This document shows positions 1 to 11,868 of a DNA stretch of 64,000 bases, piece by piece. Both the position numbers and the translations under genes were made by a program. Source of the stretch: Octopus vulgaris (taxonomy: Eukaryota); NCBI GenBank assembly GCA_951406725.2, contig OX597816.1, forward strand, positions 57,288,001 to 57,352,000. Reading direction: 5' to 3'. Each line of letters opens with the position of its first letter. Position 1 is the first letter of the stretch. The notes under the pieces are model-generated. The model searched no databases. It was not told the DNA's origin and saw nothing but the letters and a program-made list of their open reading frames with translations.

Positions 1-199
1 CTTACTTAACCAGAAGCTGTGTCCATAGTTTGTAACAGCTATAACGTATACACAATTACGCATGCGCGCGTACATACATGCATACATACATACGCACATA
101 CATACATACTACAAGTTCAGGTTTATACCTGTAATTATTGGGGCCCTGGGATATGTAACACACTGCCTAAATACCAATCTTACGAAATTTGGAGGTGGG

Positions 200-450
200 G
201 AAAGACAAGCACACGCACACATACTCACACACACGTCGGGCTTCTTTCAGCTTCGTATTTCAGACGAAATGCTGCTAAGCAATTCGCCCGGCGTGCTAAC
301 GTTTCTGCCAGCTCGCCAGCTTCCGTCTACCAAATCCACTCACAAAGTTTAGTCGGCCCAAGGCTACAGTACAAGACACGTGCCACGCAGTGAGACTGAA
401 CGAGGAACTATGTGATTGGGAAGCAAATTTCTTATCGCGCATCCATGCCT
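200..450 (-). mobile_element. SINE family A (tRNA-headed, CORE-like), interrupted by a SINE B head fragment
   Basis: Matches the reverse complement of the family A body (cttctttcag...ccgtctaccaaatccactcacaa...gtgccacgcagtgagactgaac) seen many times in this window. Confidence 0.8.
255..316 (-). mobile_element. SINE family B 5' fragment
   Basis: cagacgaaatgctgctaagcaattcgcccggcgtgctaacgtttctgccagctcgc matches the B head; flanked by the direct repeat cagcttc (248-254, 317-323). Confidence 0.75.
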
Positions 451-1132
451 GGGCCTAAACATGCATATGTTTAACTTTTACAAGGGAAAGAGTGACAACG
501 ACTTCGAAGAATCAGCCTGCTTGCTTTCATCAGACTATTAGATGAAAGCTATTTCGAAGTTACTGTCAAACTTTTCTATTTAATAATCCTTCAGTTGAAT
601 TGTTTTTATTATAACTTATCAAAAACAAAAGAACACACATCATATCATGCATTTCAGAATCAGTTCCCTGCTTTCACGATAGCTCTGCTCAATGGCAACC
701 AGACTTTCCTTTCGCGCTTACCTACTCCTAGTAACGTAATTTGACATAACCCCAACCCCTTATTGCCATGCATAAAGTACGCACTAAATAATCTCTCTCT
801 ATAAAGGTCCGTGACACTAACGAAACATTACATTTAAAATAGCGCGTTAGCACTAGCATGTACGTAATGCTTGCGTGTGTGTTTATGTATATATAAATTG
901 ATATATAACCATATCTCTCAGTAAATATGTAATTTATTACCTGGCATAATACATATTCTACTGAGCTATTATTTGTGATATTTTTTCAGTATATTATCAC
1001 TAGTTTTTAAAATTTCTACGGTTTTACTATGATTTTGTTAATCTATAAAGCCAATGTCTTTGTAGCCCCACTATCCACCCTCCTCTCTCTACCCCTTTAC
1101 ACCTAATCTGAGTATTTGCATCTGTGAGTAAA

Positions 1133-1164
<32 letters not shown>

Positions 1165-1526
1165 ACATGTGCGGTGAGAAGGTGAGAACTTTCAGAAGTG
1201 AATTTGTTTGCCGAATGATTAAAGAAAGTCGGGTGGAAGGCAGCTAGGTGTATAAGGTAGGCAAGTAGGAAAGTACATAAGCAGATAAGCAGGTAGGTAG
1301 GTATGTATATAGGTAAGGTTGGAAGGTAAGTAAATATGTTGATTGATTTGCAGACCGACTGATAGGCAGGTAGGTAACTAAATTGACATACTCCTGTCTG
1401 GCAGAATCTCGTAGATTGGTAGGTTAATGTGGGTAAATGGGAAGGGAGATTTTTAGATAGATTGATAGATATCTCAAGAGGTAAACATACAAGACAGATT
1501 TAGCTCGAGGCCAATCCTGAGTTAAC

Positions 1527-2007
1527 ATGCAGTTTAAGAGTTTAAAAAGAAAAAAAAAAGAACAAAATTGACCGGAGGTGAAGAGTGACATCTCATGATT
1601 TCATAAAGGGAACGTTAAAAGAACTGGTGAAATCCCTTAACTTTCAACGAAACTCCCTCGTTATGCTGCATTCTCAGGTACCTAGTTGTAGAGTATCTTC
1701 TGATGATGTCGAGTAATTTAGAAACAGCAGCTGAAGTACACCGCTCCCAAGTACTCAATCCAACAATGAACACCACCACTGAGAAAGCAATTCGATGGGT
1801 TGCATATCGATCCATGACAGCCATCACAGCTATATGTGAGCAATGCAATAATCCTACATGAGTACTGAGCTGTACAGAAAGAACAGAGCGAAAGTGTTGT
1901 CCATGTTCCTGTTGATCCATGGTCTATAAATTGGTTACAGGAAGTTATCAGATTTAATTGTTGTCACTTCCGGTCAGTTTACTTTCACTAACTCCTAAAC
2001 TGCATGC
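1527..2007. mobile_element. Degenerate MITE-like element with long imperfect inverted termini
   Basis: catgcagtttaagagtt...aattgaccgga...agtgaca (1527-1590) is the inverse of tgtcacttccggtcagttt...aactcctaaactgcatg (about 1962-2007). No TSD resolved. Confidence 0.45.
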
Positions 2008-2340
2008 TCCCTTAATCCTGATCTATCAAACTTATTATGGAAGACGTTTCAAATATGACAATTCCATCTCTATCAGAGAACACATGTGGTGTTTGTGTGT
2101 ATTGAAAACAGAAAAGAGAAACTGCTAAGAGATTTGGGTCTTCGTTTGGTTGAGATTAAAAGTAAATCTGTCGAAGAATAAATCCATGAATGGGCTGACA
2201 GAAAGGTAAGAGGCACAGACAAACTGTTCAGACTACAATCAGGTGGACCTGTCCTGGAATAAATGCGACTGTAAGACACCCAGTGACATTTAAGCATTTA
2301 AGGTATTTTAATTGTGACTGTGAGTGATAAAGCACTAAAG

Positions 2341-2342
<2 letters not shown>

Positions 2343-2375
<33 letters not shown>

Positions 2376-2560
2376 GTATGTATGTGTATGTATGTATATG
2401 TATGTGTATGTATGTATATGTATGTATGTGTATGTATGTATATGTATGTGTATGTATGTATGTGTATGTATGTATATGTGTATATATGTATGTATATGTG
2501 TATATATGTATGTATCTGTGTATATGTATGTATGTGTATGTATGTATGTATGTATATATG

Positions 2561-2599
<39 letters not shown>

Positions 2600-2690
2600 A
2601 TGTATAAATATATAGTGTGTCTGTGTACATGTGTGTTTATGTGCGTGTGTGTTTATGTGCGCGCGTGTGTGCGTGTGTATGTGTGTGTTT
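2343..2690. repeat. Compound microsatellite (CT)n/(TATG)n/(TA)n/(GT)n
   Basis: Directly visible. Confidence 0.95.
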
Positions 2691-2744
2691 TTGTCTGTCT
2701 CATTGTATCGGCCAGATTATCGGATGTCGTTACGCACCGCTAGT

Positions 2745-2900
2745 CACAATGCGCTTCAACGCATTGTTGTCGCTTCCGGGTTGTCAATTTAAAGCTGTGC
2801 AATTGTTTTGCTCAAGAACACAATGCACAGCCGATCTGGGAATCGAAACCACGATCCTGCGACTAGGAGTGCAACACCCTAACCGCTTGACTACGCGCCT
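2745..2900 (-). mobile_element. SINE family C-type head (tRNA-derived)
   Basis: ttgctcaagaacacaatgc...gggaatcgaaacc...ccctaaccgcttgactacgcgcctt: A and B boxes on the minus strand. Confidence 0.65.
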
Positions 2901-3389
2901 TGATTATTACACACACACACACACACATTAATTTAACTAAATAAGGATACATCTCACAATATTCTTGCATATTCTTTTCTGTGGCGAGGAATAGGAGTTC
3001 CTGGCTGCTGCTAAAGCTTCTCTTTGAGCGTATCGAGTTGGGGGCGGGTGCTATATTAGGGTTGTTCTTTTAGGGGGCGACGCTAAACGAGTATAAGGAA
3101 AGGGAAGAGGCAATTTAGAAGAAAGGGTTTATTTTTGAGATAAGAAATGTGTTCGTTTGGAAGGAGGTGGGGTTGTGTGTTGGTTTGGTTTTGTTTACTT
3201 TGATCTGGAAGGAAATTACAGAGGTCTTCACATTGAGGTAGAATACATTTGGCAGTCGGGAATCTGTGGTGGGGGGTACGGTGATGGGTGGGTAGAAGAG
3301 GTGGAGGAAGGGGATGCATTGATGTAACGGGTAAAGTTGGGTTGATTTATAGTTTAACTGTACATCAGTAGGAGATATTCGTTGTAAAG

Positions 3390-3680
3390 GTGTTACACGA
3401 GGTGTGGATGTGTGTAACTTTGTAATTACGGGTACTCGAGGTCGTGAGTTGGATACCCGGCGTTGTGTTCTTGAGTACAACGCGTTATTTCACGTTGTGC
3501 CTGTAATTCAAAGGGCCAGCCGTATCCCATTCTATTTCGCGTTGAATCTCCCTGAGAAATATTTTAAGGGTACGCTGTCTGTAGAATAGTCCTTCACTTG
3601 CACGTTAATTCCATGAACAGGTTGTTTCATTGATCGGATCAACTGGAACAGTTATCGTCGCAACCGACGGAGTACCAGTC
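3390..3680 (+). mobile_element. SINE family C, degenerate
   Basis: ggtcgtgagttggatacccggcgttgtgttcttgag...ttgaatctccctgaga...cgcaaccgacggagtacc is homologous to the copies at 19878, 25899 and 28272. Confidence 0.7.
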
Positions 3681-3749
3681 ACACGAGTCAGTAAACTTGG
3701 GGTACTTAAAATCCGGTGGAGCTATGAGAGTCAGAGAATAAATATAATG

Positions 3750-3990
3750 ATTATCATCATTATCATCGTTGTTTAACATCCACTTTCCACGCTGGCATGG
3801 GTTAGACGGTCTGACTGAGGACTGGATGTCCTTCCTACCTCCGAAGGTGTAGTGGGTACTTTTTACATGCCACCGGCACGGGAGCCAGTCAGGCGGCACT
3901 GACATCAACCACGCTCCTCAAATGGTGATTTTTACGTGCCGCCGGTACGTGTGCCAATCAGGCGGCACCGGCATCGGCCACGGCAACGTT
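3750..3990 (-). mobile_element. RTE-clade LINE 3' UTR fragment with (GAT)n tail
   Basis: Reverse complement of 42880-43200 (ccaacccatgccagcatggaaaacggacgttaaacgatgatg; ttttacatgccaccggcacgggagccagtc). Confidence 0.7.
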
Positions 3991-4101
3991 TTCACTTATG
4001 TGCTAATTTTGTAACGTTGACTGAGTTGATGAGTAGAGGTAAAAATAGAGGAGGAATTCGTGAGAATTGATCCAGCAGACAAGAGTCTCTTGTAAAATTC
4101 T

Positions 4102-4280
4102 GTTGTTGTTTAACCCTAGGTTGGCCCTGATCAAGCAGACCTTTGATCAGACATTACCACAATGACCATCGTTTTTCCTAAACACAGTCCATTAAGAACT
4201 AATTAAGAATTTGTCCTTCCTTTTGTAAACCGTCATGGTGTGATTTCATAAAGATATTTGGCTGCTATTTCATGCAGCTT
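4102..4280 (-). mobile_element. Interspersed repeat family E ((AAC)n-tailed retro-element 3' end)
   Basis: gttgttgtttaaccctaggttggccctgatcaagcagacc...gatatttggctgctattt; diverged homologues near 14320, 34460, 43935, 44520, 57170 and 62625. Confidence 0.6.
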
Positions 4281-5116
4281 GGGGGAAGGCGACAGACTCT
4301 TCTGTTTTGGTCGTTTTAATAGTTGTTGTTGTTGTTACTGGTGGTGGTGGTGGTGCATTCAGTCTGATGAGATTGTAACAATTAATGAATATAGAGAAAA
4401 CGTAAGCAAAGAGAGAGGCGGGGAGGGAGGGGAGCGAATTCCAGGGGGATGCCGCCTGATTGGTACACGTACCGGCGGCACGTAAAAATCACCATTTGAG
4501 GAGCGTGGTTGATGTCAGTGCCGCCTGAGGAGAAAGGATTCGCGAAAGTATTTAGTAAGAGATAAAATAGTGGAGAAGAACTATGTATATAAATTGGTTT
4601 AGGGATTTAGATCAGTCTCAGGTGAGTAGTAGTAGTAGTAGTAGTGGTAGTGGTGGTGGCGGCGGATGAGACAGAGGAGTCACAAGACGTACGTGAGACC
4701 GTTTGTTCGGTCACTTGTTAGCCTTGCTCCACCAGGCACACATGATGGAAAGCATTTCAACTCCAACGTACCCACGTTTTTAAGACAGCAGTATGTGATT
4801 TATTAGAGAATTGGCTGCTGTTCTTAGTAAGTCGAATGACCATCTTAGGGGTACCCTCGTGGTCTTGTGATATACGAGTTGTGGCGTACTGTTGACCGAG
4901 TCTTTGACCACAAACAATATTGTTTCTTATCGATGTTTGTATGTAGCTGAGGTTCAAGATCCGTTTCAAATGTGCCACATTTGAACAGTATAGGGTGGAG
5001 TGGGGTGATCAGCTGATCCGGGTTTAAGGTATTTTCTGATCCAAAAGAGGAAACCTTCAAAGTGTTACCTGTATTATAGATGTGGAATTGCTCTGAAAAC
5101 TCAGTAGATGTTGGTG

Positions 5117-5480
5117 AGGCGTAGCTGTGTGGTAAGAAATTTGCTTCTAAACCACATAGTTCCGAGTTCAGCCTCACCGCGTTACACCTTGGGCAACTGT
5201 CTAATAGCCTTGGGCTAACCAAAACCTTGCAATTAGATTTGGAAGCCCCTCGTGTGTGTGTATTGTGTGTGTGTCTCTGTTTACACCCCAACACCACCAC
5301 CGCTTTACAACCGGTATTGGTTTGTTTACGTCCCAGTAACTTAGCGGTCCAGCAAAAGAGACCGGTAGAATAAGTACGAGGCTTAAAAAATTAGGCTCTG
5401 GAGTCGATTCGTTCGCCTAAAATTCAAGACGGTGCCCCAGCTTGGCCGCAGTCTAATAATGACTGAAACAAGTAAAAGAT
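5117..5480 (+). mobile_element. SINE family A
   Basis: tRNA-like head gtagctgtgtggtaag...gagttcagcc, ccttgggcaa CORE-like motif, internal (GT)n, tail gactgaaacaagtaaaag. Confidence 0.85.
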
Positions 5481-5675
5481 GGCGCAGTTGAGCTTTAGAA
5501 TGGATTTAGCCCTGTTCTTGTGTTCTTCTTCTGTAGACCTGTTTGAGTCATGTAACAAAGTATTCTGTCTGGTGCGTATGTGGTGATTTGAGCCCAGCTC
5601 AGTCCTAACTCGGTTGATACATCACTAAAGGTTATTTACATTTGATGGATATTTGTCCTCATCTTGTTTGTTGTT

Positions 5676-5721
5676 AACACAACGTTTCGGCTGATATACT
5701 CTCCAGCCTTCATCAGGTGTC
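5676..5721 (-). ncRNA. Minimal type I hammerhead ribozyme (Penelope type)
   Basis: Minus strand reads GACAC-CUGAUGA-A-GGCUG(10 nt)CAGCC-GAAA-CG-UU-GUGUU: stem I GACAC/GUGUU, intact core, stem II, palindromic ACGU stem III, GUU cleavage triplet. Confidence 0.8.
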
Positions 5722-5810
5722 TTGGTGAAATTTCGAACCTGGGTTCTCATTCCTAAGATATTTTTCAATGCTGTTATTATCATTATTATTATTATTAGTA
5801 GTAGTAGTAT

Positions 5811-5887
5811 TCAGGTAACTGCTTGGAATCGAACTCGGAATCTTGGGTTAGTAGCCCGCGCTCTTAACCACTACGCCAATATACCCG
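5811..5887 (-). promoter_or_regulatory. tRNA-derived Pol III internal promoter (A box and B box)
   Basis: Minus strand TGGCGTAGTGG (A box)...GCGGG-CTACTAA-CCC anticodon-like arm...GAGTTCGATTCC (B box). Confidence 0.75.
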
Positions 5888-6631
5888 TCATCTGTAAATA
5901 ATGTAAATACTGTACATAATTCCTCATCTCTTAAATATCGAACTGTATTAGCTAATCGGTACGGAGCCGATTTTAAACTGCAATGGAGACATATAGAGAA
6001 ACCCCATCAGGACTAGCTCGTCTTTCAAACCATCTAACTTTCCTGTGTAGCTGTAGAGACTAAAAAAAAACAAAAAACAAGTTGAGGACAAATATCCGTC
6101 AAATGTAAATAATGTAAATAAATTACATAATTCCTCATCTCTTAAATATAGAACTGTATCACTAAAGGTGTTTCCGTCGCTATCATCACAGACTTTGTGA
6201 TCGAAAGCGACCATTTGTTTTTTTAAAGACTTCAGAGTGTAATCTGCTGGAGAGGAATTTTGCTGCTATTTCTAGAAGAGTGAGCGACCGCTTAGTGACT
6301 CCGTCATGTGGGTGTCAAAATTGTCGATAGATGACGCAAGTGCGCAACGAGTTAAGGGGGCGTGAAGTGTGGTATTTGCATAAGTGTTTTGTGGTTTGTG
6401 GTTAAGTGGCAACAGCATATATGAAGCGATTCTGTGATGAAAAGGGGGAAAGTGAAGAAGTGTGAACCAGACGTGAGCAAACTCTGTGTGAGGACCAGAA
6501 TGGAGATCAGAGGAGGACTTGAGCGACATCTGGTTGTTATGGGTTCACGTTAGATGGAGAAATTCCTGAGACTTCCTGACAGAAATTGACTACGAAAACG
6601 AAGTCCTTCTCTTCTTTAACTCGAATGTTAG

Positions 6632-6920
6632 TGGCGGTTGGAGACGGTGGGGGAGGTGATGCCGGTTGGAGACGGTGGGGAAGGTGATGCCGGTTGAAGA
6701 TGGTGGTGGAGGTAGTGGTGGTGGTTGGAGGCGGTTGGAGACGGTGGGGGAGGTGATGCCTGTTGAAGACGGGAGTGGAGGTGGTGGCGGGTGGAGGTGG
6801 TTGGCGACGGTGGTGGTGAAGTTGGAGACAGTGGTGGAGGTTGTGGTGGTGGTGAAGTTAGAGACGGGGATGGCGGTGGTGACGGCGGCAGTGCTTGTGG
6901 TCATGGTGGCGGTGTTGGTG
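6632..6920. repeat. G-rich minisatellite (about 28-bp ggttggagacggtgggggaggtgatgcc units) and (GGT)n
   Basis: Unit seen at least three times, decaying into GGT repeats. Confidence 0.8.
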
Positions 6921-7387
6921 TTTTTTTTTCATGTTTATGTGTCAACAAAACCCGTTCATTCATGCAAAAACAAACAAAAAAAATGCATACAAAAGTGTTA
7001 GAAAAATATGTAGGGATAAACAAAAACATTGATATACAAACACGATGGGTGTGAGGGTGGGGGACAAGGTAAAGACGTTACACAACACGATCGTAATAAT
7101 AATAATAATGAAAAGATAGCAAAGAAAAAAATGAATCGGAAAATGTCGGATTTTTATGTACATGTACTGACTAAAGTGGGTCACATGTTTATCAGTGACA
7201 AAGAGAAAAATAAAAGTTTGAATTCCAAAAGGAAAAAAAATCTGCTGATTTGTTGTTGCCTACAAAGAAATAGTTTGATCAGAAGACCAAGATATGGTGC
7301 CACTGTGTAATAGACTTCAGTTGGTGGAAAATAAGTCACTGGACAACTTTTTATAATAACAGTCAGTGTTATTATTAGTAACAACAT

Positions 7388-7764
7388 GGGCGCAGGAGTG
7401 GCTGTGTGGGAAGTAGCTTGCTTACCATCCTTGGGCACCTTGGGCAAGTGTCTTCTGCTATAGCCTCGGGCCGACCAAAGCCTTGTGATTGGATTTGGTA
7501 GACGGCAACTGAAAGAAGCCCGTCGTATATATATGTGTGTGTGTGTGTGTCTGTCTCTCTGTCTGTGCTCCCTCCCCCCCAGAAACGCTTGACAACTGAT
7601 GCTGTGTGTTTACGTCCGCGTAACTTAGCGGTTCGGCAAAAAAGACCGACGGAATAAGTACTAGGCTTATAAAGAATAAGTCCCGGGATCGATTTGCTCG
7701 ACTAAAGGCGGTGCTCCAGCATGGCCACAGTCAAATGACTGAAACCAGTAAAAGAATAAAAGAA
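7388..7764 (+). mobile_element. SINE family A
   Basis: Full A layout with a small head deletion. Confidence 0.9.
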
Positions 7765-7799
7765 CATTATTATTATTCATTTAGTGGGGGGGGTCCATT

Positions 7800-8250
7800 C
7801 TGACATGCTTTGGGCGTTTTGAAAGGAGCTGACCAGCTGAAGACCTGCCCCGTCTCCGTGTCTGTTTTGACCTGGTTTCTACGGCTGGATGCCCTTCCTA
7901 ATGTCAACCACTTTTCAGTGTGTACTGGGTGTTTTTTTTTTTACGCCGGACCGGTACGGGTACTTTTTACGTAGCACCAAACACCCACGAGCCTGCAAGG
8001 TTAGGAATGCTCAGCTAGAGATGGATACAAGGAGACAGTCCTGTATTCAAGGACAACCACGCTTTTACTTAGCTTGACGTGTCTTTTCAAGCACAGCAAA
8101 CCGCCAGGTGTCTGGGTCCCCTGTCAACTCCTCTTTGAGTCCCAATGTCTGTAGTTCCTTTCTCACCACTTCGTCTCACATCTTCTTGAGCCAACTCCTT
8201 CCACGTGTTTCCCTCTAGAATTAGAGATCGGCACCTCTTGATGCAACTAT
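7800..8250 (-). mobile_element. RTE-clade LINE 3' fragment (ORF C-terminus plus 3' UTR)
   Basis: Minus strand reads SCIKRCRSLILEG followed, across frameshifts, by RTE-like C-terminal residues; carries the ggaagggcatccagccgtagaaac UTR motif. Confidence 0.7.
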
Positions 8251-8252
8251 TC

Positions 8253-8302
<50 letters not shown>

Positions 8303-8403
8303 CATTATTATTATTATTATCATTATTATTATTATTATCATTATTATTATTATCATTATTATTATTATTATCATTATTATTGTTATTATTATCATTATTA
8401 TTA

Positions 8404-8437
<34 letters not shown>

Positions 8438-8522
8438 CATTATTATTATTATCATTATCAGTACCATTATTATTATCATTATTATTATTATCATTATTAT
8501 TATTATTATTATCATTATTATA

Positions 8523-8560
<38 letters not shown>

Positions 8561-8727
8561 CATTATTATTATTATTATCATTATTATTATTATTATTATT
8601 ATCATTATTATTATCATTATTATTATCATTATTATCATTATTATTATTATCATTATTATTATTATCATTATTATTATTATCATTATTATTATTATCATTA
8701 TTATTATTATTATTATTATCATTATCA
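8253..8727. repeat. Long (ATT)n/(ATC) trinucleotide array, about 475 bp
   Basis: Directly visible; source of the poly-Ile and poly-Asn ORFs. Confidence 0.97.
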
Positions 8728-9300
8728 TGGGGACTGAACCCGGAATCTTGTAGCTGCGAAGCAATCCTTCTTACCACACAGCCATACGCCTCTGTCTCTA
8801 TTATGTATATTTATATCATTTCACGTTTCTTTATCTTTTGTATAAACACCCCCATACACACACACACACAAATAGTAAACTGTCCTTGTAATGCCTCGCT
8901 CTTTGTTGCCCCTGTGGCAAATAATATATATATATCATTATCATCATTTTTGTTATTATTTTCGCTGACGCTGCAAACGAAATAGTTTCGTCAACGAAAG
9001 CAATACAATATTGGTCAGCATAAAAAGGGTAAATTAGGCGTGGCAAGCGCCGAACGTATGAATGCAGCAATGAATAGCGCACAAGTCTTCCTTTAACAGA
9101 CTTAAAACCGGCTCTTTTATAAACATCACATAACTCGGGTGAGACGTTCTGTTTTATAGTGTAGCGTTGACAAGCATATTGTGTGTGTGTGTCACCAGGC
9201 TGTCTTTATGACAGTGTGAACTACACTACAGTCTAGACATAATTACACAAACTTTATACACCTACTTAGCACCAATGATGTAACCAGAAAAACACCTGTA

Positions 9301-9348
<48 letters not shown>

Positions 9349-9649
9349 TGTACGTGTGTGGGTGTGAAAAGAGAGAGACAGGTTGGTAAAGACAGAGATA
9401 CCCCATCTTTTCCCGCAGACTCCCATGCATCCCAATCCTACATCATTATCCAACGGGTCTTTCTAAGACGCTACGGTTGATTGATTTAAGGGGAATTTAG
9501 CTCCTTTCTCTGGAGCAGCAGTTCCCAGGACCGCAGTTCCCAGGACCGCAAGCGGCCCTCAAACACCCTTCCGGCAGAAGGATGCTTATCTAATAAAATT
9601 TTCTTTGACTTGTTTTACGTTTTGTGGAGCGGTCCCCAATCCACCAAAA

Positions 9650-10735
9650 AAAAAACCATGTTTTGGATCTGTCTCGGATATTAAAAAGGTTGACCACCAA
9701 TGCTCAAGAGACTTCCTCGTAAGCATCGTGGTGGCGGCGGCAATATTTGCTGTAAAACACCAGAACTGTATCGGAGTAGTTAAAGTTCAGAAGCAGGCCT
9801 ACAACAAACGTACTCCTTAATGCTACCAATTCTATCTGCACGAATCAATCAGAGTATCTCTATGTGCTCACTCCATCTGCACGAAATAACAATCAAATTC
9901 CGTCAGGATATATACTCTGTCATCTTTACAAAGAAGGCCACACTGAAGTGTGTTATTGTTGATATTAAGACGAGAAGGCCAAGACTGGAATGGCTTTCCC
10001 TATATGTCAGCTCGGTCCTCAACTACACAGCAACGGACATGTTGGAAAATTACACACTTATGCATACTTACATATAAACGCACACACGTGTGTGTATCAG
10101 GCCATCTTGCAATATGTGAAAATGCTAACATTCTCTTCTGCTTTATCTCTTCTCTCAACTGCCGATATTACTCACAAACCAATCCTCATTGGATGGAGGC
10201 AGATAATCAACAAGGCGGAGGCAAGGGAATAGTGTGGTGTGGGATTTGGCACAATTGGACTATTTTATTTTGAGGGCTCTGTGACAGGTGATTCGTATCT
10301 GGACATGCTCGGCAATAAGATGATGCCTCACGTGCATTCACTTTGAAGGAGAAATCCTGTCTGGTTTCAGCAGGACGGGGTTCCGCTCCATTATACATTA
10401 CAGGTTCGTGATTTTCTGAATGAACATTTTCCAGGGAGATGGCTCAGGTGTCGCGGGTCAATTGAATGGGCACCACAGTCACCAGATTTAATTTCCGTCT
10501 GGGGCTACATTTAAGGCATTCTGAAAAGCTTCATGACCAAGGACATCTTCAAAGAATTGTTGAACCGTGTGAACAAATCAAGGGCAATGAAGAGCTATTT
10601 GAGAGGGTCCATAGCAGTTTCAAGTTCCGTATGAACACTTGTTTAGAGCGACATGGCCAACACGTTGAACATTTGTAATGGATTGCCTACTTCATTGCTA
10701 ATAAAACATACTTTACTTTGTGGCCACCATAAATA
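9650..10735 (+). pseudogene. Degenerate Tc1/mariner (Tc3/DUF4817-like) transposase relic
   Basis: Across frameshifts reads NCRYYSQTNPHWM..IVWCGIW..FEGSVTGDSYLDML..VWFQQDG..HY..VRDFLNEHFPGRW....IEWAPQSPDL..WGY; TIR-like end ctttactttgtggccacc. Confidence 0.85.
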
Positions 10736-10744
10736 AATAAATAA

Positions 10745-10802
<58 letters not shown>

Positions 10803-11167
10803 GCACACACATATGTATATATCGTTTCCCACGCACTTATAGAAAATATGTATTTGAGAAAACCAAAAGATTTTTTTTGTCCAGTTCGACAAAAAAAGTT
10901 GTCTTTCTTTCTTTCTTTCTCCACACAAAGAACCGTGGTTCATTTGAAGTGCTGCTGATTGAAAATGTGTAATATAATCACTCAGTCATTTATAGCTGCT
11001 TCTTGTAGTAGAATGCTTTACGTATGTAGTATTTTCCATTCGTCTAGTCATTTGTGTGAGGGCGTGTGGCCGAGTGGTTTGAGTGTTCGGCGCACATTCA
11101 CACGGTCGTGGGATCGATTCCTAAAAAAGTCAAGTCATTTCGTTTCACATCGTTCCAGTTTATATAC

Positions 11168-11207
<40 letters not shown>

Positions 11208-11759
11208 TGTCTGTACTTACTTACCTACATTCATATTTAAATACGTAACCGCTTTTATATATTTTTAGAAGACGCTTAAAGTTCCAGAAAACTCAAACGA
11301 GAAGCTGTGACATTAATTCATCTTCAGTAATCTTCGACAATTTAACTAAATCTCTTTCAGCTGTCGGACACCAGTTCCACCCACCCACCCACTCACTCAC
11401 ACAAACGCACATATACGGACACATACACGCAAATATACATATATTTACATACAACTATAAGTACCTTATACATATGTATAAAAAACCCTCCTTTGATTTG
11501 TCAAACACACTTGAACAGCCTCTGTCGCCTCGCCCCATGGCGCTACCATTTCTACCACAATCCCAATATATCCGGTTTGTTTCCACATTTTAGAATGTCA
11601 TATGTTATTACTTTGAATATTTTTCTTCCCACTCGGCCCCTGTATGGTGGGGTGGGATTGTTTTATTAGGGAAGGAGCGGGGCAAGGGAATGAAGCGGAT
11701 GAAGGGACAACATCCCCGCATACCTTAATTGTCTATATCCTTAATTTAGTTTTCGTTAG

Positions 11760-11868
11760 ATTTCAAATAATAAAAGTCCTCCTCGCTGCAATCACAAACT
11801 TCTAGAAAGAACAAACGGAGGAACTGTACGAGAGGAAGAAATTCTCGAGCGATTCTGTGAGAAACATG
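11760..11868 (+). CDS. Candidate isolated exon (unknown gene)
   Basis: Acceptor ttaatttagttttcgttAG, donor ATG|GTAAGG. Unique purine-rich sequence with one open frame, ISNNKSPPRCNHKLLERTNGGTVREEEILERFCEKH(G). No recognised homology. Confidence 0.3.

Larger units (their letters stand above)
5633..6157 (-). mobile_element. tRNA-headed, hammerhead-containing Penelope-like non-autonomous retro-element
   Basis: 12-bp TSD atcactaaaggt (5621-5632, 6158-6169). Inverted copies of a terminal segment (5633-5668 vs 6076-6111) and direct copies (5886-5947 vs 6096-6157). tRNA-like head at 5811-5887 and hammerhead at 5676-5721, both minus strand. Confidence 0.75.

Noticed and set aside
2950-3400. Possible LINE ORF1 or gene fragment on the minus strand
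   Set aside because: No recognisable motif; strand-biased composition alone is insufficient.
5811-5887. Functional tRNA gene (also the SINE A, B and C heads)
   Set aside because: Acceptor and T stems do not pair properly and the heads are fused to repeat bodies.
8087-8777. Long poly-Ile and poly-Asn ORFs
   Set aside because: Translation of an (ATT)n array; the same applies to the YI/CV/TH-rich ORFs at 2314-2743, 23776-24653 and 51079-51440.
11775-11868. Homeodomain-like reading KEQTEELYERKKF
   Set aside because: In-frame stop, wrong spacing, and no WFQNRR exon found.
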